A DNA stretch of 64,000 nt from Candidatus Poribacteria bacterium (GCA_965198175.1 OZ240245.1:1216001-1280000), one strand, 5' to 3'. Positions 19,880 to 30,137 are shown, counted from the stretch's first letter. Translations and numbers: made by a program. The notes: a model not told the origin generated them from the letters alone.

Positions 19880-20647
19880 TCAGTCGCCACGGGGGTTTGT
19901 CTTTAGGGCATAGAGTTCCTCAAGGAATACCTCGTAATCAATCCGTTTATGGCCTCCCATTTTTCGGGCGATAGGGTCTCCGATGGCGTAAGCTAGCTGC
20001 GACCGGCGCAGTTTTGGAAGGGACGCCCGACGTGAGAGATACTCCCGTATCGCCGCCAGCTCAGCGTCGGTTACTTGCTCTGGTTGAATCAAGTCCGCAT
20101 AGACAAAAGTCGACTTTTGGACCGTCGGGGGATGCACTGGATTGGGAGAAGCCACGGCGTCCTCTTTAACAACGAGTGTACCAGCCGCTAAATCGCCCAG
20201 CCGCTGCCAGTTTTTGTTTAATAGCATAGCGACTAGTCCGGCACCGTAGAAGAATGGAAGAAAATCGACAATCCGGACCAAATTCCGTATCGCGGAATCT
20301 GAGAAGCCGATTGGATATCCGTGCGCTTTGATTACCCGCAATCCGAGCGCGCGCTTTCCCGGTGACTGCCCATTTGTGGTTATCTCAAACGCCATGTAGT
20401 AGCCCCAGAAGAGCGCGAATATAGCTATCCCGGTGATTGCTACCAGCCAGTTGCCAAATTTTTCATCTAGATCGAGTTGGGCACGTCTGGTAACATAGAC
20501 ACCTATAAAAATAAGCGGGATCAACAGGGCGATATCAATGAATGCAGCATAAAAACGGGAACCGATGCCCGCGATACTATAGTTGATTCTGATTTGTTCA
20601 GGGGTTTCAACAGATAAATGTTCGTTTATCTCTCTTTTTGTAGTCAT
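19880..20647 (-). CDS. RDD family membrane protein
   Basis: ETPEQ....AGIGSRFYAAFID, GQSPGKRALGLRV and QRLGDLAAGTLVV; GGAGG RBS before ATG 20647. Confidence 0.9.
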   Translation of the reverse strand: MTTKREINEHLSVETPEQIRINYSIAGIGSRFYAAFIDIALLIPLIFIGVYVTRRAQLDLDEKFGNWLVAITGIAIFALFWGYYMAFEITTNGQSPGKRALGLRVIKAHGYPIGFSDSAIRNLVRIVDFLPFFYGAGLVAMLLNKNWQRLGDLAAGTLVVKEDAVASPNPVHPPTVQKSTFVYADLIQPEQVTDAELAAIREYLSRRASLPKLRRSQLAYAIGDPIARKMGGHKRIDYEVFLEELYALKTNPRGD

Positions 20648-20755
20648 TTGACCTCCAGTCACGTTATTGAGAGCAAGTCTTTCACGCATACATGCTCTGC
20701 ACGGTCTCTATTGCACTTTTCCCACAACATAAACCAGCGGACGACGTTATAACCG

Positions 20756-21736
20756 ATGACTTTAGAAGAATTTATTAACAAGAAACAGCCGATCTGGTCA
20801 GAATTGGAAAGGCTATTAAACCGTGGGCGACGGCGCCACATCGGAAACGCTTCTCCAACGCAACTCAATCGATTGGGATATCTGTATCGTCGCATCACCT
20901 CTGATTTGGCAGTTGCCCGCCGTGATTTTCCGGATGATCGCTGCGTTCCATACCTGAACACGCTCGCCTCCCGCGCCCATACCGGTATCTACCAAACCTC
21001 CCCGTTGAAGCGGAACACGATTCGTCACTTTTTTGGTACTGGATTTCCGACGCTATTTCGCAGTAACCTGCGTTTCATCGCGACGGCGTTTCTACTGTTC
21101 ACTATTGGGTTTGCGGCGACATATTGGACAGCATTGGTAAACCCACAGTTCGCGGAGAAACTCGCGCCTCAAGCCATCGTTGATACGATTCACGAGAAGG
21201 AGATGTGGACAGACATCCCGGAGCTCCAGAGAAATCTCGCCGCCTCTTTCATCATGACCAATAACATTAAGGTCGCGTTCTTGGCGTTCGCTAGCGGCAT
21301 CATGTTTATGATCGGAACCGTTTATATTTTAGCCTTCAACGGTATACACATCGGCACGATTGCGGGGTTATGTCACGTCCATGGACTTGCTCCTCCACTT
21401 TGGACGTTTGTATCGCCGCACGGTTATATCGAATTGACGACAATTTTTATCGCAGGCGGCGCGGGCTTAAAAATGGGGTACGCCCTGATTGGTCCGACGC
21501 TGTTCACTCGAAAACGCGCTTTGACCGATGCGGCGAAAACTGCGGTCAAGCTAATCGGTGGGTGTGTTGTCCTGCTCGTCATCGCCGGCGTAATTGAGGG
21601 CTTTGTCTCGCCTTCAAGTTTGCCGCCAACTGTCAAGGTCGGATTCGGATTTGCAACCGGCGTGTTGTTGTTCTCCTATCTCTTCTTGATGGGTAGGTCG
21701 AGAGGAACGACGATTTTGACCAGCGAGTTAGATTAG
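20756..21736 (+). CDS. SpoIIM/DUF95 family membrane protein
   Basis: LYRRITSDLAVAR, IMTNNIKVAFLAF, PHGYIELTTIFIAGGAGL and AGVIEGFVSP. Confidence 0.88.
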   Translation: MTLEEFINKKQPIWSELERLLNRGRRRHIGNASPTQLNRLGYLYRRITSDLAVARRDFPDDRCVPYLNTLASRAHTGIYQTSPLKRNTIRHFFGTGFPTLFRSNLRFIATAFLLFTIGFAATYWTALVNPQFAEKLAPQAIVDTIHEKEMWTDIPELQRNLAASFIMTNNIKVAFLAFASGIMFMIGTVYILAFNGIHIGTIAGLCHVHGLAPPLWTFVSPHGYIELTTIFIAGGAGLKMGYALIGPTLFTRKRALTDAAKTAVKLIGGCVVLLVIAGVIEGFVSPSSLPPTVKVGFGFATGVLLFSYLFLMGRSRGTTILTSELD

Positions 21737-22378
21737 ACTTGTGTCTGAATTTTAGATTTTCTCGAAGCGTTCATCGGCGATTTCAGACAATCATGGCATT
21801 ACACATCCCGCTTTTCATATTATCAATGTCCCGCTTCACCGACGTTATCAATCTGTCCCATGCATCACACAGAAAGAGGTTTTCCGCTCTTGTTTGGACT
21901 TTTCTGATGTAATTTCCCCTGGTACGTGCTCAATGATTATACCCTGAATATGGAGCGATGCCAAAACGAAAATCCCAGAAGTAAGTCGGAATCTCACCCT
22001 CTGGGTCTCTTAAAGCCGACCTGCAGGCGTCAATGCGGATGGGAGCAGTCCATTTAAAGGCCAAACAGAACCAGCACTCTCCTTTACTCAGAGCAATCGA
22101 CAACGCGATAAACGAATACTTCCGCAGATCACCTGTGCGTATAAATATAATTCCCTTTGCTTTCTATCTGACCCCGGCGGTCTTCCTAGTTATCCTCGCA
22201 ATTGGTGTATTACTCTTTCCAAGCATTTTCTAACTCGTCGTTTCTGTTGATGGCGACGCACGGCAGTTTGATTCCTATTGACGTATATGTTCAGTATGAA
22301 TCCGATTCGGTTGAACGACGGTCGTATGTTCCACCACAAATCAATCGCTCTCCATAGTGCCAAAGGAGGCCATCTCTC

Positions 22379-22867
22379 ATGAAGCAATTCACTGACGCTG
22401 AAAAACAGATACTGCAAGCCAAGATTAAAGATCAACAGGAACGTCGAGCGTCAAAAAAGGAATCAACCGCGTCGAAATATGGTTTCATGGGATTTCTTTT
22501 TTGCCTGTTTGTCTACAATGTGATTTTCCTTCTGTATTTTCGAGATGTCGGTTTCATATTGCTTAGCATCGCAACCGTGATGCTACTATTCGATTGCGTC
22601 ACGTCTCGCCATATGAAAACAGGATGGCAAAGCCTCGTGATGAAAACGGCTAGATGGATTTTGATAGTTTTTGTATGCGCTTACCTCACTTATAGAAACT
22701 GGATCGCGGGCATCGCAGTTGTGCTGATGCTACTGTTCAATTGCATCGAGTCTCATCTCACGAAAAGAGGTTGGCCAGAAATTGTGATTAAAACAGTCGT
22801 ATGGATTAGGAGGGTATTTATATCCGCTTGCATCGTTTACGTACTTTGGCTCGCATTCGTTGCCTAA
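22379..22867 (+). CDS. Small membrane protein, tandem paralogue 1
   Basis: AAAGGAGG RBS; MKQFTDAEKQ...KYGF...KTGWQ..VMKT; several TM segments. Confidence 0.75.
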   Translation: MKQFTDAEKQILQAKIKDQQERRASKKESTASKYGFMGFLFCLFVYNVIFLLYFRDVGFILLSIATVMLLFDCVTSRHMKTGWQSLVMKTARWILIVFVCAYLTYRNWIAGIAVVLMLLFNCIESHLTKRGWPEIVIKTVVWIRRVFISACIVYVLWLAFVA

Positions 22868-22951
22868 CCGACCGTTACGTAGGAGGAAGGACAATCGTAT
22901 GTTCCGCAATTGGTCAACCGCTCTCGGCGGTGCCAAAGGAGGTCAACTTTC

Positions 22952-23437
22952 ATGAGGCAGCTTACCGACGCTGAAAAACAGCAACTGCAAATAAAGATTA
23001 AAGACGAAGGGGAACAGCAAAAGCAGGCGGTCAGAGAACTTGCACGAAGAAACGACGGAACACCCAAAAAAAGGGTATCGCCCGCGTGGAAATATGGTTT
23101 CTTGGGGGTAATTCTCTGCCTGCTCGCCTTCCACGTGTTTATCCTGCTCAACATGCGAAATCTCGGTTTTGACCAATTTGGCGGTCTAATGTTCGTGTTG
23201 TGGATTCTATTTGAACACATCGCAGTTTACTTCACGAAAACAGGTTGGCAAAGACGCGTGATGACAACGGTTGCACGGATTTGGTTTGTATTCACATTAG
23301 CCTACGGAGTTTGGATTCTTTCTGAAGTCTCGTTTCCATTGATGGCGGGCTATGTGGTTTTAATGGTAATCTTTTTTGTAGTGTGTCCGAAATTAATTTC
23401 GCCAAAGATTTTCCCCAAAAACTCCCGCTACAATTGA
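22952..23437 (+). CDS. Small membrane protein, tandem paralogue 2
   Basis: AAAGGAGG RBS; MRQLTDAEKQ...WKYGFLG...KTGWQRRVM. Confidence 0.75.
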   Translation: MRQLTDAEKQQLQIKIKDEGEQQKQAVRELARRNDGTPKKRVSPAWKYGFLGVILCLLAFHVFILLNMRNLGFDQFGGLMFVLWILFEHIAVYFTKTGWQRRVMTTVARIWFVFTLAYGVWILSEVSFPLMAGYVVLMVIFFVVCPKLISPKIFPKNSRYN

Positions 23438-23633
23438 ATTGATGTCGATGGTTGAAATAGGTGTCGAAATCAGAACAGTTGCATGAATTCGGAGGGAATT
23501 TATATGCGCTTGCATCGTTTACGTATTGTGGCTCGTATTCGTTTCCTAACCGACCGTTACGTAGGAGCAAGGACAATCGTCTGTTCCACAAGTGGTTAAC
23601 CGCTCTCGACAGTGCCAAAGGAGATCATCTCAC

Positions 23634-24149
23634 ATGAGGGATTTTACCGACGCTGAAAAACAGGAACTACAAGCGAAGATCGAGGACCAACAGGAACGGC
23701 AAAATCAGGCGGTTGAAGAGTTCGCTAGAAGAAAACAAGCAGTTGAAGAGTTTGCCAGAAGATATGAAGAAGCATCAATGAGCCGAACTTTGTCCGTGTT
23801 GGGTTCTTTCTGGAAATATGGTTTTCTGGCGGTTATTCTCTGCCTACTCGTCTTCAATGTGATTATGGTGCTAATCTGGCGAGATCCTTTTCCAGGTCAA
23901 TACGCCCATCCTATGTACGCGAATGTCGTATGTGCGTTGATGCTCTTATTTAATCACATCGCATTTTACATTACAAATGGGGGTTGGCAAAGCCGCGTGA
24001 TGAAAACAATTGCAGTGATTTTTGTAGTTCTTGGATGCGCTTATGTATACTGGGTTTTCAGAGTTCAGATCGCCCAAACGGCCGTTGCCGGCGGACTGGG
24101 CAGTTTAAATTATGTTGTTGGGAGTGTGGCAGGTTTCGTTACTCCCTAG
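23634..24149 (+). CDS. Small membrane protein, tandem paralogue 3
   Basis: AAAGGAG RBS; MRDFTDAEKQ...WKYGFLA...GWQSRVMKT; internal QAVEEFARR duplication. Confidence 0.75.
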   Translation: MRDFTDAEKQELQAKIEDQQERQNQAVEEFARRKQAVEEFARRYEEASMSRTLSVLGSFWKYGFLAVILCLLVFNVIMVLIWRDPFPGQYAHPMYANVVCALMLLFNHIAFYITNGGWQSRVMKTIAVIFVVLGCAYVYWVFRVQIAQTAVAGGLGSLNYVVGSVAGFVTP

Positions 24150-24176
24150 GCGAATTGGCGTATTCCATACGAGATA

Positions 24177-24212
24177 CTTAGATAATAGCATCTTCTTAGA
24201 TAATAGCATCTT
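24177..24212. repeat. Perfect 18-bp tandem duplication (CTTAGATAATAGCATCTT x2)
   Basis: Read directly from the sequence. Confidence 0.9.
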
Positions 24213-24262
24213 GGAGATTTGCTGTCAAGCTACTCAAAGTGAATGAAAAATATACCTTTTTG

Positions 24263-24291
24263 TTGACAGAAACTGGTGACCGCACTATAAT
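24263..24291 (+). promoter_or_regulatory. Consensus sigma70 promoter
   Basis: TTGACA (24263-68), 17-nt spacer, TATAAT (24286-91), upstream of the LamG cluster. Confidence 0.75.
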
Positions 24292-24443
24292 GTCAATGGA
24301 GGTGCGTTTCTCGCCATTAGAAGATACCAGCTGTATTGACAGATTGTCGGCTCAAACGGGAAAATTGAGATGAAATGGCAATATGTCTAGAGATTCCGGT
24401 TCTCAAATGAAGTCAGCAGCACTTACCATCCAAGGAGGCAAAA

Positions 24444-25232
24444 ATGAAAAACTTAGTTTTGGCTTCGCTTATAGTTGTTTTAGCGGTAGTTATTGCCGTC
24501 GGAGAAGGAAGCTCTCTTGATGGGGAAGCCGTCCTTGCCGCCTATGACTTTGAGCAGATAGAAGGAGGCATAGTCATGGACGTATCTGGAAATGGCAATA
24601 ATGGTACCCTAGGTGGCGATCCCCAACAAGTTGACGGGGTAATCGGCAAGGCGTTGGAGTTTGATGGTGATGACCATGTCGATTTGGGAGATAATCAGTT
24701 TCTGTTGGATGAAGTATCCGTCATGTTCTGGGTCAATGGCATTGGTTCTGGTCCAGGCTGTTGCCCAACTTATTTTGTCGCGAGGTTAGAAAATTGGAAT
24801 GCGTGTGGTATATTTTGGGCAAGCCCTACCCTGCGCCCCTTTTGCTTGACTGCAACATTTGGTGAAGAGGCTCCACAGTTGGAAGGAACACCCATAGAAG
24901 ATGATGAGTGGCATCATGTCGCTGCGGTATTCAGTGGCGTCTCTGGAAGGAATTTTTACATTGATGGCGTGGCGGCGAGCAATGCCGACTTTACCGCTGG
25001 TTTTGATGATTTAGAAGTAGAAGGGACAACAAACACTTATATCGCCTGGGGCAGGACTCAGGGTACTATTGAGTATGTGATTGGGAGCATGGACGAAATC
25101 CTGATTGCTCAGGGCGTTCTGACCGATGAAGATGTACAACAACACATGAACTTCGGTGTGGCCGGGGCGATATCTGTTCAGCCCTCAGGGAAACTTACGA
25201 CAACTTGGGCGATTATCAAGGAAAGCCTGTAG
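24444..25232 (+). CDS. Secreted LamG/ConA-like jellyroll protein
   Basis: Signal peptide; DVSGNGNNGTL, GKALEFDG, WHHVAAVF, YIDG, GSMDEI; tail VQPSGKLTTTWAIIK. Confidence 0.88.
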   Translation: MKNLVLASLIVVLAVVIAVGEGSSLDGEAVLAAYDFEQIEGGIVMDVSGNGNNGTLGGDPQQVDGVIGKALEFDGDDHVDLGDNQFLLDEVSVMFWVNGIGSGPGCCPTYFVARLENWNACGIFWASPTLRPFCLTATFGEEAPQLEGTPIEDDEWHHVAAVFSGVSGRNFYIDGVAASNADFTAGFDDLEVEGTTNTYIAWGRTQGTIEYVIGSMDEILIAQGVLTDEDVQQHMNFGVAGAISVQPSGKLTTTWAIIKESL

Positions 25233-25413
25233 AGATATAGCTGTGGGTGCTCACCGCAAATTGGCGCGCGGCACGTTGAACGATTAAATTCTCCCGAGAG
25301 CCTACCCTTTATCTTCTTTAGGCCACGATTCAAGAGATATGCCCTAAATGGCTAAGGGTGCCAAGTTCGGTTGCCGCATGGCATCATTCGGTGAGCCTGC
25401 AGAAGGGGAAAGA

Positions 25414-26202
25414 ATGAAAACCTTGGTTTTAACTTCGCTGGTTACCATTTTGGTGATGGTCTTCTTCCTTGAGGAGAATGGGGCTATCGGCAAGGATTTC
25501 ATACTCGTCGCCTATGACTTTGAACAAATAGAAAGAGACGTGGTCAAGGACGTATCTGGACGTGACAACGATGGTACCTTAGTTGGCGCTCCCCAACAGG
25601 TTGACGGGGTAGTCGGTAAGGCGTTGGAATTTGACGGTGGTGCCGATTTTCTCGATCTGGGAGATAATCACTTTTTGTTCGATGAGTTAACTATCCTGTT
25701 CTGGGCGAATCAGATGGGTTCCGGCGCCGACTGTTGCCCAACTTATTTTGTTGTAAGAGAGGCAGATGGAAGCGCCTGCGGTATATTTTCGGCAGGACCA
25801 CCCAAAACTGTGCGTGCTTTTTGTTTTAAGCCTCCTACTTTTGGTGAAGAGGCTATCGTACAAAAAGGGGCCATAGAAGATGATGATTGGCATCATATCG
25901 CGGCGGTATTCAGTGGTGTTTCTGGGCGGGAACTCTACATTGATGGCGATCTCGTTGCGAATAATGAAAAATTCAAATCAAGTTTTGACGATTTGAAAGG
26001 AACAAATACATTTATCGCTCGCGGTAGAACACTTAACCCCATTGAACAAGTGAAGGGCGCCATTGACGAATTCGCTATCGTGAAGAAGGCTTTGACCGAT
26101 GCAGAGATTAGACAAAGTCTCCAAGGTGTAGCGGAAATATTAGCCGTTCAGCCTTTAGACAAACTTACGACTACTTGGGGGTGGATTAAAGAAGGCTCAT
26201 AA
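25414..26202 (+). CDS. Secreted LamG-like protein
   Basis: Close paralogue of 24444; tail VQPLDKLTTTWGWIK. Confidence 0.88.
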   Translation: MKTLVLTSLVTILVMVFFLEENGAIGKDFILVAYDFEQIERDVVKDVSGRDNDGTLVGAPQQVDGVVGKALEFDGGADFLDLGDNHFLFDELTILFWANQMGSGADCCPTYFVVREADGSACGIFSAGPPKTVRAFCFKPPTFGEEAIVQKGAIEDDDWHHIAAVFSGVSGRELYIDGDLVANNEKFKSSFDDLKGTNTFIARGRTLNPIEQVKGAIDEFAIVKKALTDAEIRQSLQGVAEILAVQPLDKLTTTWGWIKEGS

Positions 26203-26283
26203 TTTGTCAGATACACTGCTCCATATTCTTGAAGATTGGGCTCACCGCAAATTTGCTGCTAACTGAAAAGGGTAAACACAACG

Positions 26284-27246
26284 ATGCGTTATCTGGTCAC
26301 GGGCGGCAGTGGTTTTATTGGCGCCTACGTCGTCCATGAATTACTCAAGCGTAGACATGAGCCTTTTATCTACGACTCACACGTGAGCGGAAATGCGCTG
26401 TCTCTTCTGCTTGATGCACGGACGTTGTCAGAGAGTCAAATTATATCCGGCTCGATACGCGATTTTCACCATCTTCTCAGCGTCATAAAAGAAAACGAAA
26501 TTCAGAAGATTATTCACATCGCCTCGCCTCTCAGCCCAGTGACCGAACCGTTCCCATCCGTAGCCGTTCAAGATATCTGCTTGAGCATGATGAACGTTCT
26601 TGAAGCGGCGCGGTTGTGTGAGATTGAACGCGTCGTTTGGGCTAGTTCAGTGGCAGTTTTTGGACCTGTTGGCTGCTATGCGGGTGCCGTTTCAGATGCA
26701 TCAGCTCACCATCCGCGGAGCCTTTACGGCGCCTCTAAGTCATACGCAGAATTTCTAGCCCGCCACTACTTTGAGAATTTTCAGGTGGATTCTGTAGGCT
26801 TACGTTATATGTTTGTCTATGGTGCGGGAAGACAGCGCGGAAGCGGCATGTTCTGGAGCGATCTTATTGAATCGTCGCTAAAGGGGCGTCCGTGTGAAGC
26901 GCCCTGCGGTGATGAGATTTTTACTTGGCAGTACGTCGAAGATGTTGCGGAATTAACGGTGATTGCCGCTGAATCCGGCGCGTTTGAAGGTCAATCTGTG
27001 AACACTCCCGGCGACTACCGATCCATGCAGTACATGGCAGACTGCATAAAAGACCTTATCCCCTCTGCTCAAATTCACCTGAAGCCGGGGCGCACGGATA
27101 TCAATTGGAACTGTAAGTCCGATACAGTGGAGACGGTGTTAGGATTCAGATCTCAATATAGCGTCAAGGCAGGGGTCGCGCGATCTATCGAGCTAATGCA
27201 ACTTCAGAACGCAGAAGGTGTTTTGCACAGCGCGTTTCGGGTATAA
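26284..27246 (+). CDS. NAD-dependent epimerase/dehydratase
   Basis: LVTGGSGFIG, ASSVAVFG, YGASK and YVEDVA motifs. Confidence 0.9.
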   Translation: MRYLVTGGSGFIGAYVVHELLKRRHEPFIYDSHVSGNALSLLLDARTLSESQIISGSIRDFHHLLSVIKENEIQKIIHIASPLSPVTEPFPSVAVQDICLSMMNVLEAARLCEIERVVWASSVAVFGPVGCYAGAVSDASAHHPRSLYGASKSYAEFLARHYFENFQVDSVGLRYMFVYGAGRQRGSGMFWSDLIESSLKGRPCEAPCGDEIFTWQYVEDVAELTVIAAESGAFEGQSVNTPGDYRSMQYMADCIKDLIPSAQIHLKPGRTDINWNCKSDTVETVLGFRSQYSVKAGVARSIELMQLQNAEGVLHSAFRV

Positions 27247-27272
27247 CGAAGCTGACTTTGGAGTATCACACG

Positions 27273-28106
27273 ATGAAAATGTCACTCTCTGCACGGATTG
27301 CAGAATCGTTCTATGACAAAAAGATAGCCGCCGTGCCATTTGAGGATTTAGCCGAACTAGCGAAGGATAACGGCTATGGTGCAATTTGCATGCGGGCGTC
27401 CGTTGCCGGAATACAGTCGTCAAATGAACGCATCACCTCGGTGCGGCAAACACTTGACCGATTGGGTCTCAAGGTCTCAATGGTTACCGGGGACTTCGCT
27501 ATCCCCGAGAATTTTGAGCGCGGTCCGGATGCGCTTCGGAATATCACCCCCTATCTCGATCTCGCTGAAGCATTCGCGTGTGACCTGCTGCGGATTTGCA
27601 TGAAGAGTGAAGAAGACATCTCTTGGGCACAGCGAGCGTCTGATGAAGCCGCTGAACGCGGTATGCGCCTCGCCCATCAATGCCACGTTGCGAGCCTGTT
27701 CGAGACGATTGAAGGTTCGTTAGATGTGCTGCGCCGTGTGAACCGCTCAAATTTTGGGATTATTTATGAACCGGCGAACCTTAAAATGTGCGGTGAGGTA
27801 TACGGTTTAGAGGCGCTCAACGCTTTTAGACCTTATCTTTTCAACGTCTACCTCCAGAATTACCTAGACAATCCCGAAGGTAAAGAGCACATCGAAACAT
27901 GGGTGCGCGGCATGTTTCGTTTCGACCACATTCCCCTTCACGACCCGCGCGGGGTGGATTGGCGTGAGGTCTTCGACGCGTTGGAGACAGTCGGTTATGA
28001 CGGATACGTCACCGTTCACCAAGCTCTCGCTGAAATCATGGCGCCATCGGAAGCGGCTCGCGTAAGTGCGGACTTCCTGCGTTCACTGTGGGAAGCTGAC
28101 CTGTAA
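27273..28106 (+). CDS. Sugar phosphate isomerase/epimerase (xylose isomerase-like TIM barrel)
   Basis: AAERGMRLAHQCH, NFGIIYEPANL and GVDWREVFDALETVGYDGYVTV. Confidence 0.75.
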   Translation: MKMSLSARIAESFYDKKIAAVPFEDLAELAKDNGYGAICMRASVAGIQSSNERITSVRQTLDRLGLKVSMVTGDFAIPENFERGPDALRNITPYLDLAEAFACDLLRICMKSEEDISWAQRASDEAAERGMRLAHQCHVASLFETIEGSLDVLRRVNRSNFGIIYEPANLKMCGEVYGLEALNAFRPYLFNVYLQNYLDNPEGKEHIETWVRGMFRFDHIPLHDPRGVDWREVFDALETVGYDGYVTVHQALAEIMAPSEAARVSADFLRSLWEADL

Positions 28107-28190
28107 ATCCTATCGACCGATACACCCGCATTGCATATTACCCTTTACAACGGACACATTTACGCGACAACCTTTAGAGGAGGTGTCCAA

Positions 28191-28985
28191 ATGAAGACAA
28201 TGATTGTGACTTTGGTGACGGCTATTATTGGAATCTCTTTCGCTGTCGAAGAAAGTAGAGCAATTAACAAGGATGTTGTCCTCGCCTATGACTTTGAGAA
28301 AATACAGGGCAATACCGTTAAAGACGTGTCCGAAAATGGGAATGATGGTGAACTGATGGGCGACCCCCAACAGGTGGAGGGTGTGATGGGACAAGCATTG
28401 GCGTTTGACGGGCTGGATGATTACATTAACGTTGGTGATGATAAGTTCTTGTTTAATGAAATGTCCATCATGTTTTGGACCAACAGCATCGGCGTCCAGC
28501 CTAATAATTGGCCGACCTATTTTACCATAAGAGAAGCCGATGGAAGTGCGGCAGGCATCTATTGGGATAAAGGGAGTTCCGAAGTGCGGATATTTGCCCT
28601 GAAACCGGGTGTCATTGGCGAGGAGAATTTACGCGATAATGACCCTCAAGTCGTGGCAGATGATGAATGGCACCACATCGCCGGCATCTTTAGTGCGAAT
28701 TCAGGAATGAAAATCTACATTGATGGGGAGTTAAAGGCGAGTGATGACCTGTTTTTGGGGAGTCCCGCTGATTTGAAAGACACAAACACTTATATCGCAC
28801 GGGGTAGAACGCACAATGCCGGAGAATATGTGAACGGGTACATTGATGAATTTGTGATTGTCAAAAAAGTCTTGACGGAGGTAGCGATACTTAGCCACCG
28901 CGACGGCGGCGTGGAGGGAGCATTAGCACTCAGGCCTTCAGGAAAACTTGCCACCATTTGGGGTAGGATAAAAGAACGTCCGTAG
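28191..28985 (+). CDS. Secreted LamG-like protein
   Basis: GGAGG RBS; paralogue of 24444 and 25414; tail LRPSGKLATIWGRIK. Confidence 0.88.
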   Translation: MKTMIVTLVTAIIGISFAVEESRAINKDVVLAYDFEKIQGNTVKDVSENGNDGELMGDPQQVEGVMGQALAFDGLDDYINVGDDKFLFNEMSIMFWTNSIGVQPNNWPTYFTIREADGSAAGIYWDKGSSEVRIFALKPGVIGEENLRDNDPQVVADDEWHHIAGIFSANSGMKIYIDGELKASDDLFLGSPADLKDTNTYIARGRTHNAGEYVNGYIDEFVIVKKVLTEVAILSHRDGGVEGALALRPSGKLATIWGRIKERP

Positions 28986-29057
28986 TCACAAGCAAGGTTG
29001 TCTCCGAATCGGGGACCGGTGCGAGGATTCATAGCTTGGCTCGGACTTTTTCGGTAA

Positions 29058-29206
29058 GTAATCGTTCAGGTATAAGACAGGCTGGTGGAGTAGCTTAAGA
29101 CGTATCGAGACGAAGCGAATCTGGCGGAAGCGCTCACTTAATTTCTTGGTTTCGATATGCTTCGCTATTCAATCAGGGTTTGCGTTTATCCACCCTGAAC
29201 GGTCAC
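29058..29206. repeat. ~150-bp MITE/REP-like element with imperfect terminal inverted repeats
   Basis: GTAATCGTTCAGG ... CCTGAACGGTCAC ends; internal TATCGAGAC/GTTTCGATA pair. Confidence 0.45.
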
Positions 29207-29275
29207 CTTTTCAATTGCCGGTTGAAGACACGGTTAGTGATGGCTGAAAAATTCGTATGAGATGCCGGAGGATGT

Positions 29276-30067
29276 GTGATGCCACTCGCAATGATAAGAT
29301 TCACCTTTATATATGCGAGTTTAATTGCACTAGGACTGCTGCTCACCGGACGAAGCAATGCCGCATTTGGCCCGAAGAATGCTCGCGGAATATGGTTCTT
29401 TGATGAGGGTCGAGGTAATATTAAAACCAAGGATGCTTCTAGCAACGGTAACGATGGAGAATACATGGGCGGCGAGAAATGGGTGCCCGGCAAGTTTGGT
29501 CAGGCATTGCGGTTTGACGGGGAGGATGACCGCCTCAATGTCGGGTCTGATGCGAGCTTAAATCCAACTGACGCCCTAACAATTGTGGCTTGGATATACA
29601 TAGAAAGATACACCGCCCAAGGTGGGTCAGAACGCACTATTTTTCAGAGATCCAATGTTTACCGTCTTGTAATACTTTCCGCTGCAGGTATGGAAGGTGC
29701 GGTACGCTTTGGCCTGGGTGAGGGAAAAGTCATTGATACAATTGATGGGGTCCCGCTTAAGGAATGGCATCATGTCGCCGTAGCGTATGACGGAGACATT
29801 GGAATGATTTATGTTGATGGAAAAATTGCAGCAGAAAAGGAACTCCGAGAAAAAATCAGGCTGAGTGTCAATGCAGCTACAACTATAGCCTCCGGTCCCA
29901 ACGGTTTGTTCAAGGGAATCGTCGACGAAGTAGCGCTATTTGACCTCGCTTTGAGTGAAGGTGACGTAAACCGTATCATCAACCGTGGACTTCAACCGGC
30001 AATATTCGCGGTATTCCCTTTGGACAAACTCACGACAATCTGGGGAGAGATTAAGGTAAGCAGGTGA
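29276..30067 (+). CDS. Secreted LamG-like protein
   Basis: GIWFFDEGRG..KDASSNGNDG, GKFGQALRFDG, WHHVAVAYDG; tail VFPLDKLTTIWGEIK. Confidence 0.88.
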   Translation: MMPLAMIRFTFIYASLIALGLLLTGRSNAAFGPKNARGIWFFDEGRGNIKTKDASSNGNDGEYMGGEKWVPGKFGQALRFDGEDDRLNVGSDASLNPTDALTIVAWIYIERYTAQGGSERTIFQRSNVYRLVILSAAGMEGAVRFGLGEGKVIDTIDGVPLKEWHHVAVAYDGDIGMIYVDGKIAAEKELREKIRLSVNAATTIASGPNGLFKGIVDEVALFDLALSEGDVNRIINRGLQPAIFAVFPLDKLTTIWGEIKVSR

Positions 30068-30137
30068 AAGAAAGGCAAGGGGAGAGAGCGTACTTGGTTA
30101 ATGAGCCCTCCCGAAACATTCAAAGGAGTCTTGACAG

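Noticed and set aside
21740..22310. Possible decayed gene on the minus strand, or the 66-aa plus-strand ORF
   Set aside because: Multiple stops and no family I can recognise; it needs blastx.
22315..23660. CRISPR array or DGR-like repeats
   Set aside because: The repeats are gene leaders separated by whole genes; there are no cas genes or reverse transcriptase.
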